Origin: Bacillales bacterium UBA7581
GTDB lineage: Bacteria > Bacillota_I > Bacilli_A > RFN20 > CAG-826
DNA: 64,000 nucleotides
Assembly (NCBI GenBank): GCA_002477825.1
Contig: DLKT01000014.1
Span: forward strand, 1,825-65,824
Direction: 5' to 3'
How positions within the stretch are numbered: position 1 is the stretch's first letter; each line of letters begins with the position of its first letter. Below are positions 57,011 through 64,000 of this stretch, piece by piece. Both the position numbers and the translations under genes were made by a program. The notes under the pieces are model-generated. The model ran no database searches, was not told the origin of the DNA, and saw only the letters and a list, made by a program, of their open reading frames with translations.

Positions 57011-57323
57011 CGTCCATCATCCTTTCTAGTTCTTCAAGAATTTCTTCTTTTGATAATTTTTTCCATGCTTCTAAACGCGCTTGCATTTCTTTTTTCTTTT
57101 GTAGATAATGAAGTTTATTTTCATAATCTTCTAATTTTAATTCGCTTTTCTTTAAGCAGTCTGAAACCGCGGCTCGAGAAACACCATAGTTTTCACTTAT
57201 CTCGGATAACGAAAGATTATATTGATAATAATCTTCCATCATCTTTCGTTGCATATCGGTTAATAGACTTCCATAAGTTAAAAGCAATTGATTGCGATAT
57301 TCAAGGAGTTGAAGATCAGTCAT
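57000..57323 (-). CDS. ylxM: YlxM/UPF0122 helix-turn-helix protein associated with the SRP operon
   Basis: 107 aa with LTDMQRKMMEDYYQYNLSLSEISENYGVSRAAVSD. Lies between ftsY and ffh. Confidence 0.9.
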   Translation of the reverse strand: MTDLQLLEYRNQLLLTYGSLLTDMQRKMMEDYYQYNLSLSEISENYGVSRAAVSDCLKKSELKLEDYENKLHYLQKKKEMQARLEAWKKLSKEEILEELERMMDDGI

Positions 57324-58302
57324 TTTCTTCTTCTCCTAAACAAAGTCCATAGAGATATTGATCTAAGTCAAATTCTTCTAAATCATCCATCTTTTCACCT
57401 AAACCGATAAAGCGGACAGGAACACCAATTTCATCACGGATAGCTAAGATAATTCCACCTTTAGAAGTTCCGTCCATTTTGGTAATCACTACACCGGTTA
57501 AATTGGTAACTTCCGAGAAAGCTTTCGCTTGAATAACCCCATTTTGTCCGGTGGTCGCATCGATGATTAAGAAAGTTTCATGCGGTGCTTCTGGTAATTC
57601 TTTTTGAATAACACGACGAATTTTACTTAATTCCGCCATTAAATTGGTTTTATTTTGTAAACGTCCTGCCGTATCAACAATTAATAAATCAATTCCCTTT
57701 TCTTTCGCTCTTTTAACGCCTTCATAAGCAACGGAAGCTGGGTCACTATTGGGTTTACCGCTTACGACTTCAATACCTAAGCGTTCGCCCCAAATTTGAA
57801 TTTGTTCGACGGCACCCGCTCTAAATGTATCTGCCGCAGCAAGCATAACTTTCTTTCCTTGGTCTAAATATCTTTTCGCGAGTTTCGCAATCGTGGTGGT
57901 TTTACCTACCCCGTTAACGCCGACTACTAAAAGTACGGTTACACCTTCAGGAGCAAAGCGAACTTCATTTACGATATTTTCGCCTTGATTGGCGTAAGAA
58001 ACGAACATCTTATCAACGAGTAATTCGTTAATTTGTTTCGGATCTTCCATCCCTTGAAGACGCGATTCTTTTTTGGTAGCATCAATAATTTCTAAGGTTA
58101 AATTCACACCAACATCGGCTTCAATTAAGATTTGCTCTAATTCATCAAAATATTCTTCATTAACTTTCGCATAACGTGAAGTTAATTCTTTTAAACGGTT
58201 AGCAAAATTCTTTCTAGACTTATGCATACCCGCCACATATTTTTCTTTTTGTTTATTGGATTTTCCAAATATTGCTTCTTTAATTTTTTTAAATAAACCC
58301 AT
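57316..58302 (-). CDS. ftsY: SRP receptor FtsY
   Basis: NG domain: VGVNGVGKTTT, DTAGRL, TKMDGTSKGG. Confidence 0.96.
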   Translation of the reverse strand: MGLFKKIKEAIFGKSNKQKEKYVAGMHKSRKNFANRLKELTSRYAKVNEEYFDELEQILIEADVGVNLTLEIIDATKKESRLQGMEDPKQINELLVDKMFVSYANQGENIVNEVRFAPEGVTVLLVVGVNGVGKTTTIAKLAKRYLDQGKKVMLAAADTFRAGAVEQIQIWGERLGIEVVSGKPNSDPASVAYEGVKRAKEKGIDLLIVDTAGRLQNKTNLMAELSKIRRVIQKELPEAPHETFLIIDATTGQNGVIQAKAFSEVTNLTGVVITKMDGTSKGGIILAIRDEIGVPVRFIGLGEKMDDLEEFDLDQYLYGLCLGEEEND

Positions 58303-58307
58303 ATTGT

Positions 58308-58991
58308 TTATCCCGCCTTTTTACTTAAAGCATCTTTTGCTGCTAATTGCTCGGCTTCTTTTTTCGTCGAAGCATGGCCTCGACCTAAACATAAGCCATT
58401 AAAATAAACTTCCGCTACAAAGATAGGGGCATGGGCAGGTCCCGATTGTTCCACAATTTTATATTGCACCACACCTCTACGGTCCATTTGCATTTCTTCT
58501 TGTAGACTGGTTTTATAATCCACCATGGTCGATTCATCAAAATTTTGAATATCGGCAATGAAAAGTGAACGTAATAATTGATAAGTAAAGTCAAAGCCTT
58601 GATCCATGTAGGTAGCGCCCATAAACGCTTCAAATACGTTTTCTAATACTTTAGAAGAATCACTCCCACCATTTAATTGTAAGCCATGACTTAATAAAAT
58701 ATAATCGCCTAAATGAAGGGCACGCGCATGTTTCGCTAAAGATTCTCCGCGAACTAAACTCGCCCGAATTTTGGTCATATCACCTTCTTGGCGATTGGGG
58801 AAACTGCGGAAAATTAAATCTGCTACTACGAAGTTCACAATACTATCACCCATAAACTCTAATCGCTCATAATCGTGATGTTGTGTTTTTGCTTCACCAT
58901 TATAAGAAGGGTGCGTAAACGCCGTTTCAAATAAAGAAATTTGGTTAGGGTGAATGTGAAGTTCTTTTAATAATTCATTAATGTCCTTCAT
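58308..58991 (-). CDS. rnc: Ribonuclease III
   Basis: ERLEFMGDS signature and a C-terminal dsRBD (GPAHAPIF...GHASTKKEAEQLAA). Confidence 0.96.
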   Translation of the reverse strand: MKDINELLKELHIHPNQISLFETAFTHPSYNGEAKTQHHDYERLEFMGDSIVNFVVADLIFRSFPNRQEGDMTKIRASLVRGESLAKHARALHLGDYILLSHGLQLNGGSDSSKVLENVFEAFMGATYMDQGFDFTYQLLRSLFIADIQNFDESTMVDYKTSLQEEMQMDRRGVVQYKIVEQSGPAHAPIFVAEVYFNGLCLGRGHASTKKEAEQLAAKDALSKKAG

Positions 58992-59967
58992 AGGCTTTTA
59001 GACCTTCTTTCATTTTTTCTACAATGTTAGCTTCTACCATTTTATACGCTACTTCTAAGGTGCAACTAAAGCTATAAGCATCACTAGAACCATGGCCTTT
59101 TACAACCACGCCATTTACCCCTAAAAGCATCGCGCCACCAACGGACTTGTAATCCATGGTTTGCTTCATTTCTTTAAATCCCGATTTAGATAATAAATAA
59201 CCTAAACCCGAAAAAACATTTCTTTTAAAGGCCTTTTTAATCATACCACTCATCATAGAGGCAATACCTTCTACGGATTTTAAGAAAATATTTCCAGCGA
59301 AGCCACCGGTAACGATAACATCCGCTCTACCATCAAGAGCTTCTCTAGCTTCTACATTACCCATAAAGCCTTTAATATTTCTTTGTTTTAAGAGTTGGTG
59401 CGCTTCTTTTACTTCAGGAGCGCCTTTTTCTTCTTCTACACCATTGCTTAATAAATAAATTTTAGGTTCTTCTATATCAAAAATCTTATTCGCATAAATG
59501 GAGCCTAAAATAGCAAATTGCACGAGTTGCTCGGCATTGTTTTCATTATTCGCACCAATATCCAAAATGGTAACTTTTTTACCTTTAATTTTGGTGGGGA
59601 ATGGTGACACTAAAGCCGCTCTTTGAACGCCTTCAATGAGTTTTAATTTAATCGTAGCAGCGGTTAAGAAACCACCCGTAGATCCTGCCGATACAACCGC
59701 GTCTAAGTCTCTATCTTTCATCGTTTGAATCGCGACCATTAAAGAAGAAGAGCGCATTCTCATCACATCCTTTGCGCTAACATCCATAGGGACGACATCG
59801 GGGGTGTCGATGATTTCACATTTTCCTTCTAATTCTTTTAATTCTTCTTTTTTACCTACCGCGATGACTTGAATATCGGGATGTTTTTTTAAAAAAGTTA
59901 ATAATCCTGGTACTGTAGCTTTGGTACCTAAATCAGAGCCCATCATATCGACGACAATTGTTTTCAT
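58978..59967 (-). CDS. plsX: Phosphate:acyl-ACP acyltransferase PlsX
   Basis: IVVDMMGSD, NGVVVKGHGSSD. 329 aa. Confidence 0.94.
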   Translation of the reverse strand: MKTIVVDMMGSDLGTKATVPGLLTFLKKHPDIQVIAVGKKEELKELEGKCEIIDTPDVVPMDVSAKDVMRMRSSSLMVAIQTMKDRDLDAVVSAGSTGGFLTAATIKLKLIEGVQRAALVSPFPTKIKGKKVTILDIGANNENNAEQLVQFAILGSIYANKIFDIEEPKIYLLSNGVEEEKGAPEVKEAHQLLKQRNIKGFMGNVEAREALDGRADVIVTGGFAGNIFLKSVEGIASMMSGMIKKAFKRNVFSGLGYLLSKSGFKEMKQTMDYKSVGGAMLLGVNGVVVKGHGSSDAYSFSCTLEVAYKMVEANIVEKMKEGLKAYEGH

Positions 59968-60093
59968 ATATCTTATGAGTTGAGTGGAATCTCAACCTAC
60001 CTCACTTTCTTTTTAGAAACTTTGTTTCTATTGATTTATTTTACCATAAAAACGCAGATTATTATAGAGAAAAGCCGACGTTTCCTCAAGAAA

Positions 60094-60115
60094 GAAAAAA
60101 GGTACGCATGTACCT
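60094..60115 (-). terminator. Rho-independent terminator after recG
   Basis: Minus strand reads AGGTAC-ATGC-GTACCT followed by TTTTTTCTTTCTT, 9 nt after the recG stop. Confidence 0.75.
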
Positions 60116-60123
60116 TTCTACTT

Positions 60124-62109
60124 CTATCGCTTAGGATCATCGACTTCTTGTAACATTTTTTGAAAAATCGCTTGATTCTCTTCTTTTTTGGGATGACGAA
60201 TAATTTCTAGTGCATCCTCTCTAGCGACTTCCATCATTTTAAAATCTTGGATGAAGTTCACGTAGCGGAAATCGGGTAAGCCACTTTGTTTAACGCCCAC
60301 TAATTCGCCAGGGCCTCTTCTTTTTAAGTCTTCTTCCGCTACCACGAAACCATCTTCAGTTTTTTCTAAAACTTGAAGTTTTTCTTTTTCTTCTTCCTCT
60401 TCTCCATCATAAAGAAGGAAGCAATAGGCTTTTTCGCCGTCTCTTCCAATTCTTCCGCGTAACTGGTGTAAAGAAGCTAAGCCAAATTGATTGGCGTTAT
60501 AAATGAGCATTAAAGAAGCGGTTTTAACATCAATACCAACTTCCACTACGGTCGTGGAAATTAAAATTAATTTTTCTCCTTTTTGAAATTCTTGTAATAC
60601 TTCTTCTTTTTCTTCTTGGGAAAGTTTTCCGTGTAAAAGTCCTACCATACCCGGATAGTTATTTTCATATTCTTCATATAATTGAAGTACGGAAGTAGCT
60701 TGACCTTCGTTTTCTTCAATTAAAGGAGCAATTACATAGATTTGGCGATGTGCATCCAGCATTTCTTTAATTTTAATCGCTAAAATTTCCGCATCGGAAG
60801 GTAATACTTTCGTTACGATATCTCGTTTTTTAAACGGGAACGTTTGAATGGTTGTAATATCTAAATCTCCATATAACGTAAGCGCTAAAGTACGAGGAAT
60901 TGGGGTGGCTGACATGAGTAACAAGTCAGCGCGTGGTCCTTTAGAAGCTAAAAGATTTCTTTGGTTTACGCCAAAACGATGTTGTTCATCAATGACCGCT
61001 AAACCTAAAGAAGGATAAAAGACATCTTCACTAAATAAAGCGTGTGTACCGATTAAAATATCGATATTTCCTTCTTTTAATTCATCTTTGATTTCTTGTT
61101 TTTCTTTATTGGTTAAAGCCCCCACTAATAAACCAATCTTAACGGGTGTGTCTTTAAATAACTCGGTAAAGTTTTGGTAGTGTTGTCTTGCTAAAGCATC
61201 GGTAGGTGCCATAAACGCACCTTGATCGTTTCTTAAATAGTTTCCGTATAAGGCAATCGCCGCTACTAAAGTTTTGCCCGTTCCGACATCACCTTGAATA
61301 AGACGATACATTAAAGTTGGACAATTCATATCTAAAATAATCTCACGAACCGCGTTTAATTGGTCTTTTGTTAGTTTATAAGGCAAATGACGAACGAAAT
61401 CGTTAATGCCCATTAAATCAATCTTTTCCTTCTTTTCGTTTTCTAACGCCTTATTTTGTAAACGAATCCATTGTGTCTTTAAACTAAATAAAAGACACTC
61501 TTCATATTTTAACGTACGATAGCCTTGATGGATTTCTTCTCTTGTTTTGGGAAAATGGATTTGATAATAGGCCTGTTTTTTATCTAATAAACGATACTTC
61601 TCTTGTAAAGAAATAGGCACATATTCTTCAATATGTAAAGGAAGCGCAAAGGCTTTTTTTAACAAACGAACAAATTGGTAATTTTCTACATCCGCGGGTA
61701 AAGAATAAATTGGGCGAATGCGATCTTCGTCTTTAATTTCTCCAAAAATCATGGAAACCATATTAATCACTCGTTTGGGGTAATCATATGTTCCGACAAT
61801 GACATAATTTTCCCCTAATTTTAATTGTTTCATTAAATAAGGACGATTATAAGCGACAATATTGTAAAATTGATTTTGGTTCGAAACAAAACAAAAACGA
61901 ATAATGGTCAGTTTTTGGTGTTTGACCATGGTAGGCGTACTCACTAATTTTCCTTCGACAACAACTTTTTGTTTATCTTTAAATTCAATCAATTCCGTAG
62001 GATGTAAATCCATATAGGTACGAGGTAAAATATCGAGTAAATCTTCATATTTTTCAATATCTTTTTCGCGCAAAAAGGCTTGTAAAGCTTTTGATTTTGT
62101 AAACTCCAT
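60124..62109 (-). CDS. recG: ATP-dependent DNA helicase RecG
   Basis: Wedge/OB N-terminal domain. Helicase motifs GDVGTGKT, DEQHRFG, SATPIPRT, QLRGRIGR. Confidence 0.96.
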   Translation of the reverse strand: MEFTKSKALQAFLREKDIEKYEDLLDILPRTYMDLHPTELIEFKDKQKVVVEGKLVSTPTMVKHQKLTIIRFCFVSNQNQFYNIVAYNRPYLMKQLKLGENYVIVGTYDYPKRVINMVSMIFGEIKDEDRIRPIYSLPADVENYQFVRLLKKAFALPLHIEEYVPISLQEKYRLLDKKQAYYQIHFPKTREEIHQGYRTLKYEECLLFSLKTQWIRLQNKALENEKKEKIDLMGINDFVRHLPYKLTKDQLNAVREIILDMNCPTLMYRLIQGDVGTGKTLVAAIALYGNYLRNDQGAFMAPTDALARQHYQNFTELFKDTPVKIGLLVGALTNKEKQEIKDELKEGNIDILIGTHALFSEDVFYPSLGLAVIDEQHRFGVNQRNLLASKGPRADLLLMSATPIPRTLALTLYGDLDITTIQTFPFKKRDIVTKVLPSDAEILAIKIKEMLDAHRQIYVIAPLIEENEGQATSVLQLYEEYENNYPGMVGLLHGKLSQEEKEEVLQEFQKGEKLILISTTVVEVGIDVKTASLMLIYNANQFGLASLHQLRGRIGRDGEKAYCFLLYDGEEEEEKEKLQVLEKTEDGFVVAEEDLKRRGPGELVGVKQSGLPDFRYVNFIQDFKMMEVAREDALEIIRHPKKEENQAIFQKMLQEVDDPKR

Positions 62110-62135
62110 GGTTTCACCTCCTACATTTATATACG

Positions 62136-62156
62136 AAAAAAAGGGAAAAATCCCTT
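62136..62156 (-). terminator. Terminator after the DAK2/YloV gene
   Basis: AAGGGA-TTTT-TCCCTT followed by T5 on the minus strand. Symmetric A/T flanks. Confidence 0.55.
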
Positions 62157-62173
62157 TTTTATTTTGTTTATTA

Positions 62174-63811
62174 TTATTCTACACCGATGATAAAAGAATA
62201 TACCGGTTGTTTTCCTTCACGAAGTTCGACATCGATATCATCGTGATTTTCGTTAATCTTTCCGACTAAAGCATCCGCTTCTTCCGCGGTAACATCTTCA
62301 CCATAAAGAATGGTAATAATGCTTGTCATATCATCAATCATCGATTCGATGAGTTGATAAGCCGCTTCCATTTTGTCTTCTAAACAACAAATAATCTTTT
62401 TATCACAAATTCCCATAAAATGGTCTTTTTTAATCTCAATATCATCAATTACGGTATCTTTGATAGAGAAAGTAACTTGACCACTTTTTACGGTCTTTAA
62501 CGCTCTTTTCATTTCTTCATAGTTTTCTGAGAATGAAGCGTCAGGATTAAACATCATACACGCGACTAAACCTTGTGGAATGGATTTAGAAGGAACGACT
62601 TGTGCTTGCACATCGCCTTCAATGACATCACAGGCTTGTGCAGCTGCCATTACAATATTGGAATTGTTTGGAAGAATTAAAATCTTCTTGGCTTTTACTT
62701 TATTAATCGCATCTACAAAATCTTCAGTTGAAGGATTCATCGTTTGTCCGCCACTTACAATATAATCGACGTTTAACTCTTTAAACATGGCGTCTAATCC
62801 TTCACCAGCAGAAACGGCAATAATTCCATATTCTTTCATTTCTGGCTCTTGTTCTTCTGGTTCATCAAAATCAGTAATTAAACAAGTATGACCTTCCGAT
62901 AAATTTTCAATCTTTAATTCTTTAAATTCACCGAATTGTTGTGCATAAGTTAAGATGGTTCCTGGTGTCTCGGTATGTACATGAACTTTTACGATATCTT
63001 CTCTAGCTTTTACGCGTACTAAACCACCATGGGACGATAAAATATTGGTAAATCTTTTCTCTACAAAGGTCTTTTTTCCTTCTTTTGGGCCTAAAACAAG
63101 CACAAATTCCATACAATAGGAGAATTCTTCGCCTTCAATAGCGACCGCCATTGGAACTTTCTTTTCTTCTAATACGGTAGCCATCTTCTTTTCGACAACT
63201 TCTCCGTGAATCGCGGATTCAAATCCTTCTAAAATCTTAATAAGACCCGCGGCACCAGAGTCCACAACACCCACTTCTTTTAAAACCGGTAAAAGATCAG
63301 GGGTACGCTTTAAAGACGCTCTTGCCTCTTTTAAAAGAATATCAAAAGCTTTTTCAATGCTCATATTGTCATTGACTTTTTCTTGTAAAGCTTCGGCAGC
63401 TTCACGAATTACTGTTAAAATCGTACCTTCAACTGGTCTCATAACAGCTTTATAAGCCACTTCTTTACCTTTCATAAAGGCTGCGGCTAAATCGGTAGGT
63501 TTAATAATTCTTTTATCTTCTAAGGCTTGCGAAAAACCTCTAAAAATTTGTGATAAGATAACACCAGAGTTTCCTCTTGCGCCCATTAGTAAGCCTTTAG
63601 AAAAAGCCTTAGCAATGGGATAGACATCGCTATCGGTTCTATTGGCTACTTCTTTTGCGCCAGAAGAGATGGTTAGATTCATATTTGTACCTGTATCGCC
63701 ATCGGGAACAGGAAAAACATTTAAGGCATCAATCTCTGGATAATTGTTATATAAATTGTTCGCACCAGATATAATCATCTGCTTGAGAACAAGTCCATTA
63801 ATTGTCTTCAT
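62174..63811 (-). CDS. DAK2 domain-containing protein (YloV-like)
   Basis: PVPDGDTGTNM Dak phosphatase motif. 545 aa with a DegV-like C-terminal half. Lies between Asp23 and recG, as in Bacillus yloU-yloV-recG. Confidence 0.9.
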   Translation of the reverse strand: MKTINGLVLKQMIISGANNLYNNYPEIDALNVFPVPDGDTGTNMNLTISSGAKEVANRTDSDVYPIAKAFSKGLLMGARGNSGVILSQIFRGFSQALEDKRIIKPTDLAAAFMKGKEVAYKAVMRPVEGTILTVIREAAEALQEKVNDNMSIEKAFDILLKEARASLKRTPDLLPVLKEVGVVDSGAAGLIKILEGFESAIHGEVVEKKMATVLEEKKVPMAVAIEGEEFSYCMEFVLVLGPKEGKKTFVEKRFTNILSSHGGLVRVKAREDIVKVHVHTETPGTILTYAQQFGEFKELKIENLSEGHTCLITDFDEPEEQEPEMKEYGIIAVSAGEGLDAMFKELNVDYIVSGGQTMNPSTEDFVDAINKVKAKKILILPNNSNIVMAAAQACDVIEGDVQAQVVPSKSIPQGLVACMMFNPDASFSENYEEMKRALKTVKSGQVTFSIKDTVIDDIEIKKDHFMGICDKKIICCLEDKMEAAYQLIESMIDDMTSIITILYGEDVTAEEADALVGKINENHDDIDVELREGKQPVYSFIIGVE

Positions 63812-63843
63812 GTTAAAAGTCCTCCTATGTGTACGGAGGGTCG

Positions 63844-64000
63844 TTAAATCACTTTAATACCCTGTACATAGACATTAATTGCTTTGAATTTGATATCGAA
63901 CGTTTTTTCTAGAACGTATTTTACTTTTTTTTGCACTTCGGTAATTACTTCGGTGATTTTTACACCATAAGCAACAATAATATAAATATCTACCTCATAG
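63844..64000 (-). CDS. Asp23/Gls24-family alkaline shock protein (YloU-like), C-terminal 51 codons; the 5' part lies outside the window
   Basis: My own translation of the minus strand gives YEVDIYIIVAYGVKITEVITEVQKKVKYVLEKTFDIKFKAINVYVQGIKVI*, a typical Asp23 C-terminus. Confidence 0.8.
   Translation of the reverse strand, partial: YEVDIYIIVAYGVKITEVITEVQKKVKYVLEKTFDIKFKAINVYVQGIKVI

Noticed and set aside
1-64000. Searched for CRISPR arrays, rRNA genes, prophage or ICE modules, restriction-modification systems, toxin-antitoxin pairs and other known defence systems.
   Set aside because: I saw no regularly spaced direct repeats. I recognised no integrase, relaxase, capsid, terminase, methyltransferase or nuclease signatures. 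The only recombinase (12067-12984) is the housekeeping XerC in its conserved position.

Overview
This is a 64-kb window from a low-GC, standard-code Bacillota-type genome. TGA is used as a stop, for example at the rimM/trmD ATGA overlap. Gene content and a stripped-down gene order suggest an Erysipelotrichia- or Mollicutes-like lineage, but the species cannot be determined from sequence alone. Almost every gene is on the minus strand.

Two conserved housekeeping blocks keep the Bacillus subtilis-type order:
- Left block, 1-19.9 kb: tRNA-Pro fragment, polC, rseP, dxr, cdsA, uppS, frr, pyrH, tsf, rpsB, xerC, trmFO, topA, dprA, rnhB, rbgA, lepB, rplS.
- Right block, 53.8-64 kb: rpsP, KH protein, rimM, trmD, ffh, ylxM, ftsY, rnc, plsX, recG, DAK2/YloV, Asp23 fragment.

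A roughly 33.5-kb accessory segment (20.0-53.6 kb) lies between them, inside what is normally the contiguous trmD-rplS junction. The rpsP-trmD block next to it is inverted onto the plus strand.

The accessory segment encodes almost only surface, export and uptake functions:
- a purine-type NCS2 permease;
- a lipoprotein built from EF-Tu domains II-III with no GTPase domain;
- an IS110 transposase stub;
- a five-gene SipW/TasA-like fibre and adhesin operon, whose consensus promoter has a G10 tract in its -35/-10 spacer (candidate phase switch);
- two tandem lipoprotein glycerophosphodiesterase paralogs with a conserved Cys-containing C-terminal anchor;
- a large carbohydrate-utilisation locus with GH43, GH36, a GH94-like phosphorylase, a beta-helix lipoprotein, an LplABC-type ABC importer, a MsmK-like ATPase, a YesMN-type two-component system and an SGNH esterase.

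I saw no CRISPR array, rRNA, prophage or recognisable defence system. All functional calls come from motif recognition by eye, with no database search.
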